A stretch of 33,882 nt of DNA from Trichinella spiralis (Eukaryota): the NCBI RefSeq assembly GCF_000181795.1, contig NW_003526946.1:131677-165558 (forward strand). The letters run 5' to 3'. The notes beneath the pieces were generated by a model. It was not told where the DNA came from, made no database searches, and saw nothing but the letters and a program-made list of their open reading frames with translations. The position numbers and the translations under genes were made by a program. Below are positions 21,894-33,882 of this stretch, one piece after another (within the stretch, counting starts at the first letter, position 1; each line of letters opens with the position of its first letter).

Positions 21894-22360
21894 TTTTAAT
21901 AATCAACAACAATCACTTATGAAACGACAAAACTGACAGTTATATAATTCCAATAAACGTCGAAGTGGATGTCAATTTTTTCAAAGAAAAAATTTCAAAA
22001 AAGAAGAAAAAATACAAGCAAAAGAGGAAGAAAAGGAAGAAGAAGAAGAAGAATCCCAACTGCTGCTTTCAGCTGGCTCTTCACCTTTCTATTACTTGTC
22101 CCAAATTCAAAAGATTCAGACGACCTTCTTCTTCTTCTTTTCCTACTTGTCAGCGTCTACAATTGTCTGCTTGTTGATTGCATGATGCTGGTGTAGCTGT
22201 TTTGCATTTGTTGTACAACTGACATGCCGCCAACGACACTGCAAAGAACAATTTTAGCTTGGCTTTAAAATTCTTGACGAAGTCAACGCCGCACAGTTCG
22301 CTCTGCACAACGCTTACACAGTATCATCATTCTCTTTCGCACTGCTCTTAGACAATGCTG

Positions 22361-22380
22361 TCAAGCGCCACCTGCTGAAC
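22361..22380 (-). promoter_or_regulatory. CTCF-like binding motif
   Basis: Minus strand reads GTTCAGCAGGTGGCGCTTG; matches the core CCASYAGRKGGCRS at 13 of 14 positions; lies in noncoding DNA ~470 bp upstream of the bestrophin ATG. Confidence 0.45.
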
Positions 22381-24160
22381 GCTAATCGTTACGTAAACAA
22401 TTTCAAAATTACTAAAGCATCCATCCCCAGTATTGGCTGTCAATTGAATACCAATTTCGGTTGTTGCAGAACCAGAATATTGAGGAAAAATATTCTCTTC
22501 TCAAAACACAACAAACAACAAGATTCAAATGTTTAATTTTAAATCAAACGTTATCAAAATAAAAAAAAATCCCTTATTATTATTATTGTACAGCCTTCGG
22601 CGTTATTTTTGAAAATGACGCGTTGTTTGTTTGAACAAAGTCGTTAATAATGTATGCGTTTAGCCGCTGGTGTCAACTGTCAATTAGCTTCTTCTCGCGT
22701 TGAACAACCAACCGAAACCGGCTACAGGAAGCACAAGAAAAGCGTCTCATTGCCACGAAGCAAAAAGCAACGCAAAAAAATGCGACCAAACAACAAACAA
22801 TTCAATTCAATTCTCCACCGCTATTACGTACCGTTTTTCTATCGTAAAATATCAAATGTACACACATTTGAATACTGTAATTTTGTTAAAATCAAGTTTA
22901 ATTTTTTTACAATTAAAAAAAATTTTTTACACAATTTTTTAAATAGTAAAGTGAATTTTTATTAAATCAATCGAACAGTTTTATCAGAAATGTGAAGCGT
23001 ATTTCTTTTGTATTCTATTTCAACATTGTTCTTTTGAAGCAGTAATGAATAAATGTAGTGATCAATTTTTACCGTAGATAAGCAGAAAAAAACAAAAAAC
23101 AAACAAAAAAACACTGGTTAATTGTGCGAGAAAATGTTTAATTTAATTTTTTTTGGAAAATACCAATCAGTTTAAAACAGTCAGTCACGTTGTAAACTTA
23201 AACTCACACTGTACCGAATGGAATTGCATTTCTTCCAAATAGCACAGTATTCTTTTGGAAAGCAAAAAAGCTTTTAATTAAATTGTACATTGCTTATTGC
23301 CAATTTAGAATAAACGTCAATTTTAAAAGCTTTCCACGCTCTATTCCACGGTTTGTGCAATTCTTGCTTCATTTTCGTTTAATAATTATTAACAAAAAAA
23401 CTTTATTCTCGCATCATATTTGAATGATAATCTCCCAGTGGTTTCACAAGGACAACAATTACTGTTTTACCCTATAATGCAATAATGAAAAAAACATTGA
23501 CACATTTTTAAAAATACTTTTTTTTCAAATTAAACTTGTTATCCTATACAAAAAAAATCAACAGTATGAAAACAAAAATTTTATTTTCACTCTTTTCTTG
23601 GTATTTTTTTTCTCGAAGATGAACAATTCAGTAAGCTAAAAAGCGGTGATGCGCTGCTAGAAATAAACAAAGGAGAGAAAAGAAATAATTACTGAACAAA
23701 AATAAATATTCCACAAGCAAGCGCATGACCTTCTTTGAGCAAGGATTACTGCAAACTATATAATAATAATAATAGTTATTATTATTATTATTAAAGAAAA
23801 AATATATTTTTGTCCAGCTGCAACAGAAATAGCTCAAATGAAAACGGCACAACGTTGTTTTCTCCCAACTGTGAAATTGAATTATTTGTTCAAGAGGTGG
23901 AAACCAATTTCTGAATAACAACAGAAGCGGCCACAATTTAAACAAGCCATGTAAATAATAGTAATTATTATTAAATCGACACACATTTTCATACGCGCTG
24001 CATTAAGACACACACGCACACGCACAGGTAGTATACACACATACGTATACAGCAGCGAGCAGCTTTGCTTTCTTCCTGTATAAAATTCTCTTATCTTGTC
24101 ATTGGCAAGTGTTTGTTTGTTATTTTGCTTTTGTTATGTTCAAGTAAGATGCAGCGGTAT

Positions 24161-26820
24161 TCAATGCATTGCCCGTCGAGAGGATTTCAATTTCTCCAGT
24201 CTGTTTTGCAAGTGCTTGTTGGTTTCAAGTGCATCTTCTAATGCACATTCTTTTTCTCGAAGCTTCAAAAATTAGCACAGACTTTAGCACAACAACAAAT
24301 CACTTGCACGTCACAATTTGAGAGAACATTTTTGAATAATAAATTTAAATAAACGAAACGCACGTATTCAACAACTGTTACCTCTTTTTTGAAATTTCGA
24401 TTCATAAGTCTCAATTCTTCAATATCTTGTTCCGACTGATCCGCTTGCACTTTGTACCTTTTCACGTGCGATTCCAAACGTGCAACCTGTCGATCAGAAA
24501 AAACAATACATATAAATCACATATTAGCCGCGGAATTAGACAACTTCAACGATCCAATTGCTGTACCGTAGCTTGAAGATTTGAATTTTCTCGTTCCAAT
24601 TCTTGAACTTTGAATTTAAAATCTGCCAATTTTTTCGAATTATCCTCTTGAAAAAAAACAGAGCAAATTAAAATTTCTTCTCTATAATTAATAAAATTAA
24701 TTTGTTCACAAAAAAAGCTATACTTTGTGGATCGAACTCTTCGGTGCCGTTCAATTCGCACAATTTGTCATTTTCCAATTTCGAAAATTTATGCAACGCA
24801 ATCTGTGCCCGCGCATCTTCTAAACTCAAATTCAGCTGCTTGTTCTATTGTAAATGCAAAATTGTGAACAAATTTTCAAAAAAAAACCGACAAAATTACC
24901 GCATCTATAAGATGAAGCAGCTTGTCGTCGAGGGTGGTGCCTTCTGGAACCGCTTTGTCCAGAAGATGCAGAGAATTTTTCGTAATCAGCAGGCAGGAGG
25001 AGGAGGAGGAGGAAGGTGAGGATTTGTCCCGGTATGAGGGATCTTGACCGGCGGTCGACGACGGCTGCTGCCCATTGGCCACAATGGCCACGTCATCAGC
25101 ACTTTTCTCAACCACAACTAGACCAGCATCCTGCAATTTTCACGCAAATATGTATATATATAAGCTTTGAAAAAAACACTACCAATAAACAAATTGTTTG
25201 TTTGTAAAACTGTTACCGCAATCAAATCTTCGCGTTCTTTCAACTTTGCTGCTAGAGACAACTTTTCCGCATAAATTTCTTTCAATTTCACTTTCATCAA
25301 CCTCGACTCCTGCAATTGATTTCATCATCATATTCTCAAATTTGCATAAACATGTACAAACAAAACGCCCCCAAATTCTGCACTCACGTTACGCAAATCC
25401 CGATTTTCACGCTGCAACTGGGCAACGGCTTCTTCGTCATCTTCGAGCTTGTCGTTTAGCAGGTCGATTTCATAAAGCAGGGCGGATTTTTCATTGTCAA
25501 TCTGCGAATAGAGAACCATGGCTTTGCGGAATTTTTCCTCAGTTTCGGCCAGTCGATCGGCAAGATTCTGGTCAACAGTGGCCGAATCGTCGTCCACTTT
25601 GCGCAACAAGCCGCTGTGACTTGGTGAAAGCATCGGCACGCGCGGTATGACCGGCTGGAAGCAAGAAAATTGAACAATTATTAATTATTAATATTATTAG
25701 AGAAAACAGAAAAACAATCACTCGATTCGAATCGATCAGCATGTCGTAACGACGGTCACTCTCTTCGTCCGCCTGTACGAATGAAGAAGAATCGCATGAA
25801 GCAAATCAGTTGATATCAAAATAATTAGAGAACAAATTGTCTTTTCTACTTCTCGTTGCTGCTTTTCCAGTTCCCTTATTCGTATCAATCTCGCTTCGGC
25901 CCGTGCTTGACGCTTCTTCGACAAACGATCCTCCGCCTGCAAAATAACCAAAATTTTAAAACATATATTTGCATTTTTAAAAAAATTAATCGAAAATATA
26001 CAAAAATGTTACTAATTATGCTCATTTTATATTACAAATCTGAGTATTGCACAAAAAGAAAACAAATCTTACGATGATTCACTGCGATCGAATGGATATT
26101 CAGGAAATCGAATTTCCATTCAATACATTTTTGTGTAAAATTTTTTTTGAAAAAAATATTTATCATCAAATTAACCCTTCATTAATTTTACACTATTTTT
26201 ATAAACGTGTTTTCATTGAATTGCTTTGATTGTAAAAAAAATACGTCATTCACTTCCACTGACATCATCAACGGTTGAAAACATTTCAACAATTCAAGCA
26301 CCTATTTAGATATATTCCTCATTTCATTTGTATTATCGTCATCAATTAACCGCAGGTCACCTCTATCAGAATCATAACAGCAGCAACAATTAATGCATAT
26401 GTGCAAATTAATTTTACAAAATGTTAAATAAAAACAACAATGCTTCTCAAATTTTCACTAATAGAATAAAAATGATGATGTAAGGTGAATAACAAATCAA
26501 ATGCCATTCAATATAGCTCTGCAATTAGGAAACAGCTGCGCCGGAACAGCCATTTCTATTCTCTTTCACATTTCGACTAACAAATAAAAACAATGTTAAA
26601 TGTTTTAAAGATAAGTAAACACAATTCGTTACTCCAAAGCTACGCGTAAAAATACTTTCAAGTTCAAAAAGAGATATTTTTCAAAACATCCCAATATGAA
26701 TAAATCAATCTCAAATTTGCTCGACTTATTTAATCAGTATCGACTTACATCACGAGCTATCTTGTCCAATGCTTGATCTTCAGCAGTGTAACGATTTACT
26801 GCTCTTCTTCTACCATTCAT
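24161..26820 (-). CDS. LRRFIP2: LRR flightless-interacting protein (LRRFIP1/2-like coiled-coil protein, 402 aa)
   Basis: Exons 26820-26749 ([15 protein letters not shown]), 25936-25850 ([29 protein letters not shown]), 25772-25722, 25654-25388 ([32 protein letters not shown]), 25309-25217, 25130-24900, 24844-24724, 24646-24567, 24486-24382, 24262-24161 ([12 protein letters not shown]). Total 1209 nt. Confidence 0.92.
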
Positions 26821-28921
26821 TCTTCATCAAATGCTATACAACAAAACACAACATTTCATGTAAACTATAAACAAAATTATTCAACATGAGCATGTAGAAA
26901 ATATGTAAAAATATCACTTATCCACACCTGTACATTTGAAGTGAATTACTAATTTAAGATGAAATGTAATAATAATAATAATACTGACAGTATAGAATAA
27001 ATAATATGCTCAAAGCATTGAATCAATATCACATCCAAATTCTTCTCAAATAATATAATACTGTATAATCAATATGATGATGATTTGTATCATATTCAAA
27101 ATTTAATCAAACTCATTCAACAATTCAATTATATTTCTATTTAAAATATCAATTTTGAAACTTACTCTAAAGTTTTCTATAAAAGTTTTGCAATATATGT
27201 GTAAAATTTTTTTTGGAAAAGTTACCTGCAATCCAAATACATAATAAATAACTGATCAAAGAAAAATGGCAACACTGTGGAAAAAGCAAACGATTAACAA
27301 AATTGAACAAAAAAATATGCACAGAAAATTTTTTCAATCACAACTTAAAATGTATTAGAACAGCGAGTGAAAAAGAATGTTAGCAAACAAGCGTGCGACA
27401 ATCTCACGAGTCAGATCAATTAGTCATCACTAACCTTTGAAAAATGAAAATTATTTCTCGAAATTATAACTTTTTAAAATGCCAAAAATAATTATACTGC
27501 GCCATATTCTTCAATTAAACCAAGCATCCAGTGAAACATCGTAACAAATAAGGTGAGAGCTCATTCAGTGAGCAGCAATGTCAGTTTTTTCAAGTTGACG
27601 GTAAAGCTGAAGTTAAAGAAATTCAAGATGACCTTCACTTATTGCTTTTCAGTTGAACAACTTTAAGTTATTTTAGAAATTAAAATTCAAAATTAAAATA
27701 TATTTAATATAAAACAATTATTTTAACAATATTAACATTTAATTAAGATGGTACTGTTGCTAAAAGTTTTACTCTTATAAATGATAAATATACTGTCTCA
27801 AATTTAGGCAAATAAGCTGTTATTAAATACAGTACAGTTTTAAAACAAATTAACCATTGAGAAAGAATCTTCAATTTTACAGTTATTTATATTATTAAAA
27901 TTATACCTTCAGAAACTACTGTTTGTAATTTAATTAAAAATTAAAATTATAAAATAAATTACATTTTAATTATTATCTTAAGAAATTATATTACTTGTAT
28001 TATAAGAATGCAAAAGTTATTTTACTAGTGCATGATATAGCAATTTATTCTTACATTTTAGAAAGGTACTGTAGAAAAATGATTCGTTTAAATTTTTCAA
28101 AGATAAATTAAAATTGTATGTTAAATGAAAATAATTTTCTTAATAAATTTTCATTATTTAGTATGTCAAATTTTATATTTCATTTTTCTTTTTAAAGCAA
28201 ATGAAATCATTTTCTGTTAAAAACTGAAAAAAGACTTTTGTTGAGTTGAAAAAACAATTCAGATTTTAAGTTTTATATATAGTCTTACAGATGTATAGTT
28301 ATTTAATGTTCTAATTTCTTTATTATCAAATGATTTATGTTTGAAAATGCAATTAGTGCAGTAAACAGCGAAAATTGTTTTGAATATGAATTTGAATATT
28401 GAAGGATCCATTAAAACTTTCATTACAATAAAATAAATAAAATGGCAACTACCTTAACAGAAGCAAATAAACAGCATTTCAATTGATTTTTCAAACATTT
28501 CATTAATGTTTAATTCTATTTATAATGCACTGATTTATTATAACCACAAAATGTAATACATTATGACTTAGCATGGTCAAACTGAAAGTAATTTTTACAA
28601 TGAATTATTAAATTGAAAAAAATGATGCAAATAAATGTGTTCCATTGTATTAAAATAAAGAATGCATTATAAGATTTATTTTATTACAATATCGATATAT
28701 GTTCAGTTTGTCACTTTTTTAATATACCGGCATTTAATTTGTTTATTGTCTAATAGGATATTGCTGAACGCGTCTATTATGAAATGAAATAAAATATTAC
28801 TCACTTTTAAGAAGGCTGACACTGTACGATAGTTTTACTTTGCACCGGTACAGAAAATATCCTTTCAGAAAAGAAATAACTGAAGTAATAGATAAATAAT
28901 TTCAACTGCTCAAATGTAAAA

Positions 28922-29778
28922 TCATTTGAGAGAAAAAATTTGCTTAAGTCTATCACCACTTGTATAAATGCAGTATGCAGATGTTAAGCCAAGGCCAGCT
29001 AAACCACTCAACAGGCATACTCTTATTCCTGCACTACACTTATATAGAAGCCCTGTAGCTGTACCAGCAACAATTGTATTCAGTTCATCGTCTGCTTTTC
29101 TCGTATAAGAAAGCAAAACACCAATCGCGCTGTAAATTACGGCAACAGCGCCAAAAGACGTCGCCGAAGATTGACTATGTTTAACAACGTAATTCAGCAT
29201 CTGCACTTTTTTTGATTTCCACGCCTAGAGAAATATATCCAGTTCATATATTTAAACTAGCAGAAAACAAGAAAAACCTTTCAATTTAATGCTTCTATCA
29301 ATATATATAGCATAAAATAATTTTACAAACAAAAATTATACACACATATATACAGCTGTGTGTTATATGCAGATAATACAAAATTGAAGATGAAAAATTT
29401 TTTTTTAATTATTTAAAAATGGTATCAATGCACGTAATATGAGTAACATACATAAGCATAAATCGAATGATGAAAAAACTTTTTTAAATATTCCTAAAAG
29501 TGCAAAATAAATTTTACCTCTTTAGCAAGTTCTGGAGTCGTAAGACCAGTGTATAAACCAGAAGCGCCACCCCACAGTGCACCAGACATCACACATCCCC
29601 CAATTAGGGAAAATGCCAACTCAAATCTACCTCTTTTCGGTTTTGCGCCTTCCGGTAAAATATACTGCGGTTCAGTTTTGAAAATACTTGGATCGATGTT
29701 CAAATATGGCGAAAGAGGTGATCTTATGGGAAGATTAGTCTTCATAGATCCGCCAAAATTACCATATGCATCATCCAT
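28922..29778 (-). CDS. TIMM23: Mitochondrial inner membrane translocase subunit Tim23 (187 aa)
   Basis: Exons 29778-29518 (LSPYLNIDP..YILPEGA..RGRFELAFSLIG) and 29224-28922 (IYSAIG..DDELNTIVAGTATGLLYKC). Total 564 nt. Confidence 0.95.
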
Positions 29779-30983
29779 TGCTAAAAATATAGTTTTCAAT
29801 ATTTTCACTCGTGCATATTATCCAAGGAGTTTCTGTTCACCAAATACACCAAGACACAAATACTGTATTTATTAAATAATGAGGATTATGTGCGAGTTTT
29901 CGATTAATAAAAAACATATTCAATATACGATGACATTACTACTTTTCATAACTTTATTTAAAATTAAAAGTTGAAGTAGAAATTGTTCTTTGTACAGTAC
30001 ATGAAAATCAAGTTTTATGATTACTTAATGAAAGTAATGTTTTCATAAAATTATTACAAAGAAATCTTTGTAGCTGTAGATTATACGCCAACAGGTTGAT
30101 TATTAATTATTTAACAAAAATACAAATTTGAAGTTGTTTCTTTTACTTGAAAATATTTCATGGAGAGAAATTTTCTATTCCTAAAAAGTAATAAAGGTGA
30201 ATTAGAAAAAACAAAGCTCTGCATGCGCAAATACGTTTATGTGAGTTAAATTAGGATAATGCCGAACAATCCAGGCAAAGCAATATTTATTGCAACAGTT
30301 GAAAAGCTGAAATTCAAATGATCACTGTGAAATGGTTGTACTGTTAACTTTTATTTTTTAATCATGAAAAATATCTCCATCAAACTAATGTAATTTGAAT
30401 AATTTTTTTCTTGGTTAAATGAATATTTTTTTTACTTTACTGAACCCTGTTTGATTGAATTCGTTTGTATTTCTTTTTTTTGTTTTGTTTTCTGTAATTA
30501 AAATTGGAATATTAAATTATATTTGTTCGCTTGTTTGTTTATGCATAATTTCAATGGAAACAAGTTGAGGAAAACGCGCAAAAGTTGACCTGATTGTCCA
30601 ACCAAGTGACGAGAAAAGTTTCACTTTCTTTTACAGTTTTCTAGAAAAAGTTTGCAAATCGGTCGTCGCGATCATATTTTGCACACACACCCTGCTGATA
30701 AAGCACTGCTGATTCGCACCATTGAGAAAATTAATCGTTCCCAAATGTCATCATTGTCGTTGCTAAATTTCCAACTTGGTTTGCTTATAGAAAAGCTTCT
30801 GAAAATTTGTGAAAAAGCTTCAAAAAGAGGTTGATAAAATTTCAATGGAAACAAAAAATTCAACCCTCTCAGTTGCAAGCACTTGCAATCCGACAATCAC
30901 AGTAAACAACATTTTATTCCACTACACACACACACATACACACAGAGAAAAACAATGGAAATTTCTGTTTGTTTTTTTCTGGT

Positions 30984-33572
30984 TCAGCTTTTCGAATGAT
31001 CACGTTTTGTTTTTCGGTATTTTCGAAATTGTCGTCCAACTCTTTTTGAACGCTTTTTCTTCTTCAACTCTTCATACCACAAACGAGTTGAACTATTATT
31101 TTTCGTAGTTTTCAATTTTCCCTCTTAATAATTGAAAATTTAAATGCAATAAAAAATAATTATTATTGGCAAATAAAAATAAAAATTGACAAGCTTTTTT
31201 ACTTTTGTCAACAAACTCCACTCGTCCGTCAGCGTGAGAACGAACCTGAACATCACTAACAACGGTCGACAATTCGCCGACCACTGGCGGCGGTATGCGT
31301 CGGGGACGTTTCGGAAATTGCACCAAATTTGCCGAAGCTACAGTTGAAAAATGCAAAAAAAAAACTTCGCAAAAAGTAAGTTTTTTTTTAAATCCAAATT
31401 GCATACCGAAAGAAGCGTAAACTGGCAACGGCGGCAAATGATCAACTACCAGATACATCGTTCTGACGTTCGACAAAGCTCCGGGGAATGAAATTTGCCA
31501 TTTTTCCATAATTGCACGAAAATTGCCAACCAATTCATCACAACACTGACTAGTCAATCCAATTTTGCACTGACTACGAGATTGCATTAATGAAGAGCAA
31601 AAAATATATACATTTATTAATTTTTACAAAACTGACTATTTGTTAGAAAATTTCTCAACTATAATTTTGCACACGGACAATGATTTTTTGATCTGATCAT
31701 TTATACCACTTTTGGTAATATCGACCATGATTGGTAATCTGAAAAAAATTAACAACAATTTAAATGAGCATTGTTGCTTGTGAATAATGTTTTTTTTTAC
31801 TTTTTCAAATCTTTGAACACTTTGCCGAGATGCTTGTTCACCGATGTCTGATTCAATCGATTGTCCATCAAAAATTTATCGTACGATTTGGCCAACTTTT
31901 TCTTCTGCTCGTATGTGTTGTATTCACGAATTAAATGACTGAACGATATCACCTGCAACAAATTGTGATTGACAATAAATGTGCACATTGGAAAAGAACC
32001 AAAAAAAAAAACAAATTTACATAATCCACGTCGGTTACACCTTTTGCTTGGAGCATTTCTTTGAAATGTCGACTCCATTTGTCGTATTCATAATTGCGTC
32101 GATTGTCACTCAAGTCACGTACAATCAAACAAATCGAAACTGAAGATGGATCCACAAACGGATGTGGAAGTCGACTTCAAAAAAATAAAATAGTGTTTAA
32201 AAATAATTCTCATATTATAGTTTGATTATTTCCTCTTTTTTTTTGATTTCAACGTAACTAATACAATTGATAATAATGATGCATTTGAATATATCACTGC
32301 TACGAAAATGAAGATAAATTTAATTTAGAAAATAAATTTCCATCTGATAAATTTCATCATGCACAAATGATACGAGCTATTTTTCATTTATCAAATTCAT
32401 ATCTACTTATTATTTATGATCAATGTTCGTTGAATGTGAAATAAAATTCAGCAAATGCATTTCACATTTTCCAGTGTTCCATTAAACTTTCCAGTTTCTT
32501 AATTAACAGTTATGAGGTTAGATACACTTGCCTTGACCCTTTTTATTTAAATGCCTTTTCAGTTACTTCAACGCAACACTTGCGCAAAATTATTCCATTT
32601 AATTTGGCTGTTGTTCTTCTCCCAAACTTGCCTTTGGATAGAACCTTTTTTTGATAAAAGAAAAATAATCAACATTAACACCCGATCATTATTACTATAT
32701 TAGAATCAATTTCAATACCAAATATATTTCATTGTGAATAATAAATAATGTCCTTAATTAATGCATAACATATATATATATACATTCATGTGAGTGTTGT
32801 TTCTCAATTCAATTCACTGCAGTTAATTTAGTCGGTGATTTAATAAAATAACCTAAATTTTACAACCACTATTTTTCATTTCGTGGTCAATTTCACGCAA
32901 AATCAACGGTGCGCGTCACTGACTACAGTCGTCAATTATACATACAAGAATGCGAGGAATATCGTTTTTTTTCTCTCTTTTACAATTAAACGTATTTTCT
33001 ATCTATTCACTACCTCTGCTTGTCAAAAAATAAAAAATTTTCCATTCCAATTTGAATAAAACAATATTTTTCAAATTTACTTTTTCCAACTTGTTCCATG
33101 TATTTTGATGCGCAAATTTTTTGCTTTTGATTCAGTTGAATATTTGAATTTTATTTCTTTCCACATCCCCCCCCACAGCCGAATACTAAGCAATTGCAAT
33201 TGCAAGTCAATTTGCATTTCAATTGCTTGTTTATTTCTGCTCAATTGGAGAAATGTTCATGCAAAGCAAAGCAAACAAAATAAAATATTTCTTTTGATCT
33301 AGGAAAAATAGAAACAACAATACTCGCTTTCAACCAAATCCAAGCACAAATGGAAAAATTACTCTTGTTGAACAATAAAAATTGCATAATTTGCAAACTT
33401 ACAGTTGAACGACAGAGCCGACAAAATTTTTTGGCACTTTTTTCAAAGTGATCATGACTTGAACAAATTTTGCATCTCTATTCGAATCCAAAAAAAATTC
33501 ATCGTTGCTATTCGATTGTTTTGCATTTGTTTCATTCAAAAATTTCTTCAATGCTTCCATCGCATTAACTAC
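30984..33572 (-). CDS. RSL1D1: Ribosomal L1 domain-containing protein 1 (RSL1D1/Utp30/Cic1-like); first exon not identified in window
   Basis: Exons 33572-33403 (VNAMEALKKF..ITLKKVP), 32174-32021 (RLPHP..ICLIVRD), 31952-31801 (LIREYNTYEQKKKLAKSYDKFLMDNR..HLGKVF), 31738-31637 (LPIMVDI), 31573-31407 (KIG..EL..N..NVRTMYL..LPVY), 31337-31203, 31123-30984 (basic tail, TGA). Confidence 0.85.
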
Positions 33573-33882
33573 CTACAATGACAACAACAACAGCGTCTTA
33601 AATTTGAATAATAAAATACATTGCATTTTCAACATATTTCTTTTGAAAATAACTAACCATAAAAAACCCAATGAAAGTGTGTTATCAGCTGCATAAAATC
33701 ATCGAAACTATTTTAAACCAGTTAACAAGAGACTGACAAAACTGATAAAGCCCAAATTTTGACAAACAGGGTCTATAAATGTGGAAAAGACCCCCAAAAC
33801 AGTAACCAAATTTTCCAAGGTTGAATCGCATTTCTATTGCATAAAATACGCTCAAAAATATGAACCACTTGAAAAATCGTTT

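Noticed and set aside
9235..31406. Several stop-free 3n introns (PP1 75 nt, DNase II 48 nt, bestrophin 54 and 69 nt, RSL1D1 69 nt) as a systematic phenomenon
   Set aside because: About five among roughly fifty mostly short introns is near my rough chance expectation.
32270..32365. Intronic C/D snoRNA in RSL1D1 (ATGATGA on - at 32360-32354)
   Set aside because: No downstream CTGA D box on the host strand and no terminal stem.
1..33882. tRNA, rRNA, snRNA or SL RNA genes
   Set aside because: None recognised by eye; a covariance-model search (Infernal/Rfam, tRNAscan-SE) is needed to exclude them.

Overview
Eukaryotic, AT-rich genomic DNA with many short GT-AG introns, most likely a clade I nematode of the genus Trichinella (inferred from the divergent DNase II-family gene, intron style and repeats). 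I spliced eight genes by hand with consistent exon phases: a FERM-PDZ-tyrosine phosphatase (PTPN3/4, ptp-1 type; +, 5' end outside the window, interrupted by a 433-N gap), a divergent PP1-like phosphatase (-), a secreted DNase II-like protein lacking both catalytic histidines (+), and five co-oriented minus-strand genes: RSL1D1-like (5' end not found), Tim23, LRRFIP2-like, a bestrophin and pelota. Between the converging 3' ends of the DNase II gene and pelota lie a hAT transposase fragment, a probable MULE/FLYWCH remnant and a 291-bp MITE with 76-bp inverted arms. I see no clearly new biological system. The best leads are the DNase II pseudo-nuclease, a candidate bestrophin-pelota operon junction, a near-consensus CTCF site and the CCAAT-array MITE. 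Family assignments are from recalled motifs, not database searches.
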